The translations under genes were made by a program, and so were the position numbers. The notes beneath the pieces were generated by a model. It searched no databases and was not told the origin of the DNA. It saw only the letters and a list, made by a program, of their open reading frames with translations. A stretch of DNA of 64,000 bases from Mobula hypostoma. Its lineage: Eukaryota. The DNA is taken from positions 223,698,001 to 223,762,000 of the forward strand of contig NC_086097.1 in the NCBI RefSeq assembly GCF_963921235.1, read 5' to 3'. Below, piece by piece: positions 1 through 12,220 of this stretch. Positions within the stretch are counted from its first letter, which is position 1; each line of letters starts with the position of its first letter.

Positions 1-270
1 CCGTCTTTCTTCCCGGACCTCCTGTCCCATGATCCTCTCGTATCCCCTTCTGCCTATCACCTGTCCAGCTCTCGGCTCCATCCCTCCCCCTCCTGTCTTC
101 TCCTATCATTTTGCATCTCCCCCTCCCCCTCCAACTTTCAAATCCCTTACTCACTCTTCCTTCAGTTAGTCCTGACGAAGGGTCTCGGCCTGAAACGTCG
201 ACTGCGCCTCTTCCTATAGATGCTGCCTGGCCTGCTGCGTTCACCAGCAACTTTGATGTATGTTGCTTCA
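1..270 (+). mobile_element. Penelope-like non-autonomous element / pseudo-LTR with hammerhead core (cut by window edge)
   Basis: Pyrimidine-rich stretch, then AGTC-CTGACGA-AGGGTCTCGGCCT-GAAACGTC-GACT (168-203) and the family tail GATGCTGCCTGGCCTGCTGCGTTCACCAGC, which recurs many times in the window. Confidence 0.75.
168..203 (+). ncRNA. Minimal type I hammerhead ribozyme motif (predicted cleavage after C199)
   Basis: Helix I AGTC/GACT, core CUGACGA, helix II AGG/CCT, GAAA, palindromic ACGT in place of helix III, GUC cleavage triplet. Confidence 0.75.
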
Positions 271-484
271 ATGGTAATTGTTTTTTTTCTGCTCTTAAAA
301 TACCCTTTTGTAGGTTATAGTTGGACTTCTTGTATAGTACTGGATCACTGCTACAGATCTAGCCCTCAGCAGACTACGAATCTCCTGGATCATCCATGGC
401 TTTTGGTTTGGGTATCTCCAGTATGCTCTCAAAGACTCATCTACACAGGTCTTGAAGAAGTGGGTGACCACAGTGGCACTCATT

Positions 485-1170
485 CAAATTTGATTATGAA
501 TTCCTGAATATTGTCCAGTCCACCAATTCAGAGCAGTCCTGTATGTGTTCCTCCACCTCCTTTGTCCATACCTGTTTGGTCCTCACCACTGATGCTGTAG
601 TTTTTAGTCTCTGTCTATATGTCAGAAGTAGAAGTACAGCCAGGTGATCAGTGTGGATATGGGATGACATGGTAAGCGCTCTTGATTGTGGTTCCACAGG
701 TGATATGTTGGTGGCAGTTTTCAGAGACTTCAAGCTGGCCTGGTTGAAATCCTGTGCAATGATAGGGAAGGCATCAGAGTACACTGTTTCATGACTGCTG
801 ATCATGGTGTTCAGCTCCTCCAGTGTCTCTCTGACATTGGCCAGAGGTACAATGTACAATGCTACCAGGATGTCAGTGAAAAACTCTCTCAGCAGATAAA
901 ATATACAACATATGATCAGATTGGGTGAGCAGGACTGAGACAGAACTGTCAAATTGTGCACCTTGATGAATTAATATACTCTACCTCCTCTACCTTTAAA
1001 AGACTTGGTTGTCCTGCACTGAACGGTGAAGCCCTCAGGAGGCACTGCTGTATCCAAAAAGGTGGGGTGAGCCACATTTCCATGAAGCAGAATACATAGC
1101 AGTTCCTGATATCCCTCTGGTACAACTGTCTTGCTCTGAGGTCTTCAGTTTTATTTTCCAGAGACTGTAC
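485..1170 (-). mobile_element. Rex1/Babar LINE fragment (endonuclease region, degraded)
   Basis: ORF 494-961 has DFNQASLK and DHLAVLLL motifs; homologous to 16010-16700 and 42960-43360. Confidence 0.7.
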
Positions 1171-1573
1171 TTTAGGATAGAAGAGATAGTAGTCAGGAAA
1201 GACTGTCCAGTAGGATAGAAGAGATAGTAGTCAGGAAAGAAAGTAATAGAAGATAGAAGCAGGCAATAACATTAGATTAATAGTGCTGATTATTAGATTT
1301 CAAAATATCATTAATTTGATAATCTAACCTAACCACTTTCATGTCTGTCTTAGCTGATGAAATATATCTGGTCAGAAAAGGATTGTGTTTTTTAGTTTAA
1401 TGTGTTTTAATATACAGGTATTACAAAATATTTAACAGTAACAATTTCCTCTCTCCAAGACAAACTGGAAAATAAAACAAGCTTTTACAATTTCTCAACT
1501 TTTCATTCCACATCTCCCTTTAATATAGCAATCTAACACAGTTCACAAAAACATGAAACATCAAGCTGTGTGA

Positions 1574-2479
1574 TGTCATGAACCCCGTGACGGGTTAAAA
1601 AACCAGCAAAGATGGAAAACACTTTGGAGTCCAGTATTGTTATAAACTAATAAATATTTATTAGTAACTATGCAATACAGTAATATAAATGTAGATAATC
1701 AAACAGGTTAGCAATGATTATATGTATAAGTAAGTATATCAGTAAGTGTGGAAATATATGTACGAAAAACCAAGCTTCTTTAAGTCTAGGGTAAAAAGAT
1801 ACAGTCTTATGATGATGAGTAAAGTTCAGTTCATGGTATTGAGTTGAGTAGTGATGGAGAGAGAGAGAGGGAGAAATTTGAGTCTTCAGGTGAGCTGACG
1901 CCATCAATCTTCTCGTTGTCCTTCAAAATCCTTTAAAAGTCACCGACTGTGACTTTAACAAAGGGGACTGGTTTTCTGTGGTGGAGCTATCCCCCAGGCG
2001 AGGGTGGACACATGGACAACTCCCCACCAGTCAACCCTTTTCCTCTTTCCACTGTTAAAGAGCGATGGATCGATCCTCCAAAACCCATTTTTTCTGCCGG
2101 CACAACAATGCTCATTCAGTGTCCAAACATGTGTCTGAGGTCTGTATCATCTGCCCTCCTATTTTATCTTCCCTTGCTGAGCATCAACTGTCATTCAAAT
2201 AATCCCTCCTTCCTTTGTCTGTGAAGAAATGCACAAGCAGGCGAACTGTCCTTGAACAAGTATCAACAACCTGCCTTCGGTCACCATAGCAACTTTCGAG
2301 CTGCTCGGTGCTGTCTCCAACTCCAGCAGAAATTCAAAAGTTAACCAGTGCCTTAAAGTGACAGTGCAGTTAATCTTCCTCTCTCTCTCTCTCTTTTACA
2401 AACAAGCTATCGATGTTAAATAACTCTCGCTCTCTTTTCAAAAGTACAGTTAATAGGGGTACTTCAGGATCCCCTCACA
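1574..2479. mobile_element. Solo LTR, Gypsy-type
   Basis: TG...CA termini, 4-bp TSD GTGA (1570-1573, 2480-2483); homologous to the LTR at 53427 that adjoins Gypsy pol remnants. Confidence 0.8.
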
Positions 2480-2619
2480 GTGAGATGTTAGAATGCCTGT
2501 AAAATGTGAGTTTTTAAGGAGTGCAATTGAAAAGAGTTTATGGGGTGGAGACAGAGAGATGCAATTATTCTGCCATTGGAGGCCGTACAAATCAGATTTA
2601 CTCAGTTAATTTCGGGCAT

Positions 2620-3100
2620 GAGAGAGCTGACCAAGCATGAACTGGGAAGGTTGGGTCTTCACTTTTTGGAGTTTAGAAGAATGAAGGTTGATCTTACTGA
2701 AACATAAGATAATCAGGACAGACCCAAAAATGTTCCCACTAGTAGGAATGCCTCAAACAAGGAGATATAATTGCAAGAAGAGAGTAATTTAGAACTGAGG
2801 TGCTAGAGATTTTTCCTGGCAGGGGGTAGTGAATCTATGGAATTTGCTGTCCAGAAGGGTTGTGGAAGCTAGAACATTGAAACTATTAAAAGATGAGGTA
2901 GTTTTTGAAATTTTGCTTGAAAGTTTGAAAAATGTCTTTAAAACTTTGCTTGAAAGTTTGAAAAATGTCTTTGAAATTTTCTTGGATTTTTAAAAAAAGA
3001 ATTTAAAGATCTGGGAATTGACAGCTTTGGAAAACTGTAAAGGAGTTAAGGCTTCAGGAATACAGCCATACTGGATGGCAGGGAAAGCTTGAGATGCTTC
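2620..3100 (+). mobile_element. Old CR1 LINE 3' fragment
   Basis: Degenerate match to the 3' end of the CR1 at 13600-13900 (ggagtttagaagaatga, gtgaatctatggaatt). Confidence 0.6.
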
Positions 3101-4603
3101 CATTTTCTTAACGTGTTATTCCAGAGCCTTTGTATAAAAGGTTATCTACCAACAGAAAGTGACTGATTAAATTTATCACTATTAAGAATTTGTAGAATTC
3201 CAGAAAGCAACAGCAGAGATAAGGAGATACAAGTACCAAAGACAGACAGAAAACCTTGGGGTAATGAGTGATGAGTGAATTACTGCAAGTCAAGATGCAG
3301 TAGAACTTTAGATGACATAATGAAGAATGAAGATGATCAAGCATTAGAATAATTTGTTAGAGTCTTTAGTTTTCCTGTTAACCATTTCTATTACATCCAA
3401 ATATAGTTGCTAGCACCATTAAAAAAAATTAAATTCAATCCTTAGTTCTTGGGAGAAATGAAGGCTGAGGTCTTCTAGTGGAGATTTTATGCAGGAAGAA
3501 TCTTTTGCTTAAACATAACTTCATTCGTGGCCTAAGATTCCACGCTAGCTGTTCAGAAATTCTATAAAATGGCATTTTATTTTTGAAGTTACTTGAGTGA
3601 TTAGCTTGGTTCATCAACTTACCATCTCAATAGTAAACATGTGAAAATACTAAGATGAAATCTTACTACTAGACCTTTCAAGGGACTGACTGCATTCCCA
3701 GAATGGCTTTAACAGCCAGCAATGCCTTAACACTGGCTTGCCAGCTCTCGAGATCAACGCAGATATCAAATATCGTGTCTTTTTTCATTGAAGCATTCAA
3801 AAACTTTTCAGAACTATTAGAAATATTTCAGGAATTAAAACACTAACTCAGTTAAAATAATTTAAAAGATTTAAACAGAGAAACAACAAAAGGTGTTATT
3901 ACTCTTCCTTGATTCCTTTCCATGGGTTTTCTGTCCTTGTGCCATCTGATTTAGCAGGCACATGAGGAACCTATTTCTGCTCCACTCAATTCAATGAGTG
4001 TACTGGCTCAGTGCATGTGTCCAGAAGTTTGTCATTCTCCTGTGTGGAAAGCTTCAGTTCAGGCTAAGCTCATGAGCCAAGCTTCAGCCTAATGTCATGG
4101 AGTTCCTTTTCCATTGCCCTGTGCTGCAAGCAATGTTACATCAAAACTTTTTTTTATACTTGTACATTTTCTTTATATGTTATATAATCACGCAGCTTTC
4201 AATTGCCTTACTACATAATTCTTTTAAGGAGGTTCTATAATTTCAGTAGTATATAACCATGCAAGAAGCACATCACACTAACAGCAGAGAGGTAAAAACA
4301 TTTTAAAAAGACAAACAGCATATTGAAGTGTTCAAGATCCTATGCTGGTCAAATTTGAAAACTGAGCAGATTCAATTGGGTGTGTGTCTGACATTTCTAA
4401 TGTTAGGCTTTCATTCAGATTCTTGCCGGGTCCTCCAATAAATCAGTTAGTCCTGTTAAATGTAGCATGTGTAGTAGTTTTCCCTCCCTTTGGAACTGGT
4501 GCAACCAATTGATGTTCCTACATAAAGCTTTGTTTAGTATATGCAGACTTATGTATCAATTCAAATAACTATTTGCTACAAACCCATCATGCATAAATTA
4601 TTG

Positions 4604-4897
4604 CAAGCAACACACATAAAAGTTGCTGGTGAATGCAGCAGGCCAGGCAGCATCTCTAGGAAGAGGTACAGTCGACGTTTCAGACCGAGACCCTTCGTCA
4701 GGACTAACTGAAGGAACAGTGAGTAAGGGATTTGAAAGTAGCCCTTACTCACTCTTCCTTCAGTTAGTCCTGACGAAGGGTCTCGGCCTGAAACGTTGAC
4801 TGCACCTCTTCCTAGAGATGCTGCCTGGCCTGCTGTGTTCACCAGCAACTTTTATGTGTGTTGCTTTAATTTCCAGCATCTGCAGAATTCCTGTTGT
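4604..4897. mobile_element. Palindromic Penelope-like element with two inverted hammerhead cores
   Basis: Inverted arms of about 126 nt around a 12-nt loop; cores at 4670-4705 (-) and 4766-4801 (+); 15-bp TSD ATGCATAAATTATTG (4589-4603, 4898-4912). Confidence 0.8.
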
Positions 4898-6980
4898 ATG
4901 CATAAATTATTGATTTTATCCACAAAAACCAAGGGACCGGAAAGCCACATCCAGAATGAAAGATCTGGTTGTCCTTCCAGAGAAAGTATATAATAAAAAG
5001 AGCAGCAATCAGCAATGTGGAATTTGGTTATGACCTGTCCTCAAAAATAGAGGAAAAGTTAAATTCAGCTAACTATTGTTCATTCATTTTCCTCTCAATG
5101 ATCAGCATTGTGATGGAACATATCATCAACAGTGTTGTCAAGTGACATTTACAAATAACCTATCACCACTGCCTACCTGGGTTTCACCAGGAGCACTCAA
5201 CTCGAGATTTCATCATAGTTTTTGTCCAAACATTGATCTGAAAGGTGAATCCAGAGGTCATATGACAGTGTGACTTTCCATATTATCAAGGTAGGAGCGG
5301 ACTAAGTGTGGTATCAACAAGTCCAAATAAAATTTAATTCAAAGCATATCAAGAAGAAAACACTCTAATTGTTGTAGTAACCCACAGGTAGATATTATTG
5401 TGGTTGTTTAAGGTATTCAGTTTAGGTGCTCTGACAGCACTTTCCAGATCCGTGGCCCCCATCTTAAAGGACAAGGGCAACTGATCCATGGAACAGCACC
5501 ACCTATATGTGCTCTTGAAGTATACCATTCTGATTTCAAAATATATCATTGTTCCTTTAATGTCATTGGGTCTAAATCCTGGAACTCCCTGTCCAACAAC
5601 ATTGTATAAGTAACTTCCACAGAAGGACAGCAACAATTCAAGAAGGTGCCCCAATATCAACTACTCAAGGGCATTTAAGCATGGGGACTAAATATATCTT
5701 TTGCACTGGTTGGGTGGCGGGGTGGAGATGCGCCTCTACCAAAGGCGCTCCTTCCCTCCACTAGCCTGTAGGTCATCCTTGGGCAAGGTGTAGCACCTGC
5801 TTAGTCCCCCTCTCCCCCGATCAGTATCGCGCAAAGCCATGGGAGCAGGAGGTGGATGGTCATATGAACAGCTGCACATATCACGAGTCTTGGTTAAGCA
5901 ACCACTGACGCCAGGCAGATAGTCTCTGAAGGCAATGGCAAAGGACTTCTGTAGAAAAATTTGCCAAGAACAATCATAGTCATAGAAAGACCATGATCAT
6001 TACATCATACAACACGGCACATTAACAAACAAGAGCCAAAAAGGGGTTTTCCTCTTCTTGGCATATATTCATAGCTTAGTTACATGACACTGCTGATGGA
6101 GTAAAAACAGGTGCATTCCATTCTGTATGACTGATGTTCTTCAACTTGTAAACAAAAGCTCACCACAAGTCCATAAAAAAAATCTACATGATACTATCAG
6201 CAGTAATGGACGAATACATCAAGATATCCTGCTTTCTTCCACAATTCCACCTCACCCACCCCAACCAAAAAAAGTCTGTGATTGGTCAAAGATTTATTTT
6301 TCCCAAAATGAAACTAAAGCATTTCTGATAATTTTTGCATTTAACTTTTGAGCATGCTCTCCCTTTGTGGAAAGATTAGATTTTTGGTGAAATATTTTGC
6401 CATCTACATGGAGAAATGAAAATTCAAGATAAATGCAGTTAATAGCAAATTTCATATGAAGTATAAAGACATACATAAAATAAACTTGTTGCATTGTCAA
6501 CCTACTAGAAAACTGAGATTTCATTCATGATAGAAGTCTCACGTTGTGGTGCAGCACAAACAAAGTTACATACTAATACAATATGGCTACTGTTTTTAAA
6601 GACAGTTTATTACTTGTCAATCCTATAGGAGTACCGGATAGAAATTCAGCTGAAGTTTGTATCAACATCATAACAGAAAAGTGTGGATATTTGGGGTACA
6701 ATTGTTCTTTTTTCTTGAAAAACGGGGAAGCTGGAAACCATCTGCACACCAATATGGAACATCACGTGATAGGAGAAAACAATAATTCACCTCATGTACA
6801 AGAAGCTAAAGGAACCCCATTACCTTTACTTTACGCTTGAAAAAAAAACATCTCCATTAAAAGAAAAAATTTTGGTGAGCTATCAGACATAAATGCAACA
6901 CCATTTTAAAGTCACTTATTAATTCTGCAAGTAGTTAAATACAGAAGTTTAACACCTCACATTGGATTATAAGTTACATT

Positions 6981-6986
6981 TTTATT
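6981..6986 (-). terminator. Candidate ELOC polyadenylation signal AATAAA
   Basis: tttatt on the plus strand, 2 nt downstream of the stop codon; another at 6293-6298. Confidence 0.35.
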
Positions 6987-6988
6987 TT

Positions 6989-7213
<225 letters not shown>

Positions 7214-8116
7214 TTAAATTAATTCTCAACATCTGCTTTAGATGGATATTCTTTATTTTTCAAAAAAAACTATAAAGACTTGCTCATTTTGAAACCCATA
7301 TAAATACAAGTTATACCAACAAATTGGAAGGATGCACATTTCTACCGTTTTCAAATACATAATCAAAACAAGCCAGCAATAAAAAAAATCTGCCTTCCCA
7401 CACTGTTGCTTTGGCAGCAACCTGTTCTGTGCTTCGTCTTTCTTATGGAGATGGCAGTGGGAACAACCCTAAAGGCAACTCTAAGACTGAAAGGCAAGTT
7501 AACTTGGTTATCCTTTCAGACAGCTATAATTGAGAACTCTGCCAGAATACCTGCCTAGCAACTTCACCATGATGTTGCTTTAACCATTCCGACTTTCAGC
7601 TGTATTCCGACAGTAAAGGGGTACTTTCATTCTACAGCAAAACCTCAATATTTAATTTTAGTGGTAGAGTTTTATAAATGATAAGTTACAATCCAAATAC
7701 TAACTTGAAGTTTTTCCTAGGCTTTAAAACCCATACTTAAAATTTTGTTTAACTTTGCAAAATTGCACTGTAAAATCATTACATTTCAGCAAAAATAAAT
7801 TTATCTGGAATCCCCATCTTATGGATTTTTTTCCCCACTAAATTTAAGTTAGTTTCATTGCTGAAAGATTAAGGAAAATTTTGTCCTGAAAATATTTCTG
7901 TAAAGCTCGGTGTTTACAACTATAGCAGAAATCGCTCAAATGTTGTGATATTCTTTGAACCTGTCTTATGAATAAAGGTAGTTCATTTAATAACACTGGG
8001 AAATTATATAGTCTCCTATTCCACAGGAGGGAGTAAGAAGTAACTGAAAAGAAAGTGACTGAAGGGATTGCGCCTCCCAAATGTATAAGATCCAGCTACT
8101 GTACCTTACATCATTA

Positions 8117-8290
<174 letters not shown>

Positions 8291-8464
8291 TTAAAATAAT
8301 ATTAGCTTAAAAATTCTATGGTTCATTTAATTAAATCAATTTAAATCCACTAAAATTCATCAGATTTGAAAATGTTTAATACTGTAAGAATGAATTCACT
8401 AGTATTGTGTTTCTAATTTCTACTTTGTGAGACAGAGGCTACTACAAAGCAGACACAACTGAGT

Positions 8465-9750
8465 CATAGAACACTACAGCTCAAAAACAGGCCCTGTGGC
8501 CCATCTAGTCTGCGCCAACCTATTTACCTGCTGGATCGTAGCCCTCTATTCCACTCCCATCCACGTGCCTATCCAAATTTCTCTTAAATGTTAAAATCGA
8601 ACCTGTATCCACCACTTCCACTGGTGGCTTGTCCCACTCTCATCACCTTCATTTTTCTTTTAAACATTTCACTTTTTACCCTTAACCCATGACCTTTAGT
8701 TTCAGTATCTCTCAATCTCCATGGAAAAAGCTAGTTTGTATTTACCCTATCTATACCGCTCAGAATTTTGTCAAACCTCTGCCAAATCTCCTCTCATTAT
8801 TCTATGCTCCAGGGAAATTGACATCTTGCTTGCAGGTAGGTACCAAAACTACCTCACAAATGTCTTATATACTTCAATATAACAACCCAACTCCTATACT
8901 CAGTACTTTCATTTATGAAAGCCAATGTCCCAAAAACTTTCTTTATGACCCTATCTGCCGGTGACACCACTTTCAAGAACCTATGGGTCTGTGTTCCCAG
9001 ATCTCTCTGTTCTACTGTACTCCTCAGTGCCCTACCTTTCACCATGTAAGACCTACCCTGGTTTGTCCTCCCAAATGCAACATTTGTTTGCATTAAATTT
9101 CATCCACCATTTTTCAGTCCATTTTCCCAGCTGGTCCATATCCCACTGCAAGCTTTGATAGCCTTCCTTACCGTCTTCTACATCTCCAATCTTGGTGTCA
9201 TCTGCAAATTTACTGATCCAGTTTACCACACCATCATCTAGATCACTGATATTGATGACAAACAACAACGGACCCAGTACTGATCCCTGTGGCACACCAC
9301 TAGTCACAGTCCTCCAGTCAGAGAGGTAACCATCTACTACTGCTTTCCGGCTTCTCCCACGAAGCCAACATCCAATTTAATTTACTACCTCATCTTGAAT
9401 GCCAAGCGACTGAACTTTCTTGAACAACCACCCATTAGAACTTTGTCAAAGGCCTTTCTAAAGTCTACGTGGACGACATCCACTGCCCTGCCTTCATCAG
9501 CTTTCCTGGTAACTGCCTTGAAAAACTGTACAAGATTGGTCAGACATGACCTTGCATGCACAAGGCCTTATTGACTATCGCTAATCAGTCTGTCTATTCA
9601 AATAGTTATATATCCAGTCGTTTAGAATATCTTTCAATAATTTATCCACTAACTTATGTCAGGATTACTGATCTATAATTTCCTCACTTATTGTTAAAGC
9701 CTTTCTTAAACACCAGAACAAACTTAACTATCTTCCACTCCTCCTGCAAT
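8465..9750 (-). mobile_element. CR1 LINE RT/3' fragment
   Basis: ORF 9053-9307: TSGVPQGSVLGPLLFVINISDLD...SKFADDTK. Confidence 0.85.
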
Positions 9751-10131
9751 TTTAAAACAAAAGGGCAAGCAGCAAATGTTTGAAAACTCAAACACTCGTT
9801 GCCTGAAAGCAATTTAAAAAAACTTACAAAAAACACGACAAAAATTGATCAAGGAAATAGTAAAGAAATCTGGCAATCAACCTATTGGGGAATGTGAGCA
9901 ATGAAATTTAGGTTATCATATAACACTTTTGCTGTTACCATCTGACATCCTATTTGTCATTCAAATCAGCACAAAACATTCAACAAGATCAAAACTGTGT
10001 AATATTAAACAAAATATAAAATTTATTTTGCAGGATATTTCCTTGGCTTAGATTTTATTGCACATTGATTCACCTTGTACATCTAGCAAATGCTGATACA
10101 AACATTAATAAAACACCAGGAAAATACTTGC

Positions 10132-10188
10132 CCATTTCCCTCAGAGATGTGCTACCAACTCTTCAAAAGCAAACCTTCTGATGGGGCC
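10132..10188 (-). CDS. ELOC: Elongin C start-codon exon (5' UTR plus ATG G; coding part 10132-10135)
   Basis: Polypyrimidine tract ending cctccttttag as acceptor, 57-nt exon ending gaaATGG, donor GCAAGT; supplies the missing ATG-G to give 339 nt = 112 aa + stop. Confidence 0.8.
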
Positions 10189-10337
10189 CTAAAAGGAGGA
10201 AAAACAAAATGGTAAGTTTCCCGTAAACTGTTGAATTGTTTCCATGGAATTATGAACCTTCAATGTATATACAAGTGCAATTACTGTAACTAAAGGTGTG
10301 AATTCATTTTTAGCCAACACATCTACCAAGCAGAACT

Positions 10338-10525
10338 AACAGGAATTCTGCAGATGCTGGAAATTCAAGCAACATACATCAAAGTTGCTGGTGAACGCAG
10401 CAGGCCAAGCAGCATCTATAGGAAGAGGCGTCCTGACGAAGGGTCTCGGCCTGAAACGTCGACTGCGCCTCTTCCTATAGATGCTGCTTGGCCTGCTGCG
10501 TTCACCAGCAACTTTGATGTATGTT
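10338..10525 (+). mobile_element. Fold-back Penelope-like element with hammerhead in the loop
   Basis: Perfect 60-bp inverted arms 10371-10430 / 10466-10525; core 10430-10464; TSD ACCAAGCAGAACT (10325-10337, 10526-10538). Confidence 0.85.
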
Positions 10526-11297
10526 ACCAAGCAGAACTTGTAACTTTGTGAATTCTTCATTCCAGAGGGTTAAAAGTTGATTGGCTTAAAAGTAAGTTGG
10601 GTGAATGACTGAAGACACAGTTTAAGTCATGCTGAAATTTACATCTTCTATGTAAACAAAAATGTTGTTTACCTGGCTTCCTAGCCTCTTTGAAAGTTAA
10701 CTGTTGCCTTTATCCAACCCATACATCACATCCAATTGTGTTAAATAAAAATAAACTTTCAATTCCCATCCTATCATGTAAATCCTTTTATGGGTTCAAC
10801 CTTTCCTATTTCTGACGTTTTCCAGATCTACCACTCCGTCTAACATCCTGCATCATGTTCTGAATTTTTAACTTCAGTTTGCAATGCATCTTTCTTCTCC
10901 TTCCATTCCATCAGCCAGAATTATTAGTTGATTCAGATTTTCAAATTCATGCAATTCCTTAAAGCGTTCATTTCTGGCTTTATTTGTAACCGTGTCTAGC
11001 CAAAGAAGTTGCCAGCTACTTCTTTCCATGCTTCTAAGGTCTCTTTAGATAAATTTTCAACCATATTTTGGATTTTAAAAATGAAGGAGAGGCAAGTAGT
11101 TTAAAGAGATCCATCGAACTTTGGTGCTGGATAGAAGAGGTACAAATATCATTCTTAAGGACTGCAAGGACCAAAAGGATTAGAAGTAGGTAGCAGCATG
11201 TGTCTTTTTACAAAGTTGAAGAAGAAAATAATTGTAGTCTAAATAATCGAAAAGCTGCAGATACTGAACATATGGAGTAATAACAGAAAATGCTAGA

Positions 11298-11393
11298 CCC
11301 TTCTGACGAAGGGTCTCAGCCTGAAATGTCGACTGTACCTCTTCCTAGAGATGCTGCCTGGCCTGCTGCGTTCACCAGCAACTTTGATGTGTC
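11298..11393 (+). mobile_element. Short Penelope-like hammerhead element, nested in an older relative
   Basis: CTGACGA...GAAATGTC core plus family tail; flanking ATGCTAGA (11290-11297, 11394-11401). Confidence 0.7.
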
Positions 11394-12220
11394 ATGCTAG
11401 AGCCTTCAGCAGGTTGTGTCTGTATCATATTGGTGGAATGAGAAACGGAGTCAACATTCCTGGTCAATAATCTATCATTTTCTATCATGGGAATTTTAGT
11501 ATTAATACCCTGGGAGAGTCTTTCTGGAATAATGAGCTGAGGTGGGTTGAATCTTCCACTCATTTAGTTATCCAGTTGTACAAAATTTGAAGCATCTAAT
11601 CAAACAGAACTATTTGAGGAAGCTTCAATGGCTGAGCTAATCACATTTTACAACCCAATGTTGAGCAAGCTGATTCCAGACTAGACCTGAAAAATCTGTC
11701 AAATTAGTTTTGTGTGTCTATCACATACAAAGTAACATAAGTAATAACTGCAGATCCATTCCTGGTACATCCTTTTATGTAATCCTATTTATGGAGTGAT
11801 ACTAGCTAGATTTAAAAATAGTGATTTCAAATGTCTTCACTCATCCAAAGGAAAGCATCTAAAGTATAAAACAAAAAAATAAATACTATTGTACGTGTTA
11901 TCTTACTCTAGAATAGTATTAATTAACTCAGAATCAGGTTTATTATCACTGACATGTGTTGCGAAATTTTTAACTGAGCAGCAACAGTTCAATGCAATAC
12001 ATGATATAGAAATAAATAAATTAATTACTGTAAATATATAAATATATATTGAAAAGATTGAAAATAGTGCGAAAACAGAAGTAATATATATTTTAAAAAG
12101 TGAGGCACTGCTCATGGGATCAATGTCCATTTAAGAATCGGATGGCAGAGGGGAGGAAGCTGTTTCTGAATCACTGAGTGTGTGCCGTTAGGCTTCTGTA
12201 TCTCCTTCTTGACGGTAACA

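Noticed and set aside
111..320. Recurring small ORFs (PDEGSRPETSTAPLP...) as a peptide family
   Set aside because: Incidental translations of the hammerhead repeat, with inconsistent starts and frames
10201..10220. AAAATG|GTAAGT on the plus strand as a start-codon exon
   Set aside because: Wrong strand and phase for ELOC; it overlaps the reverse complement of the real polypyrimidine tract
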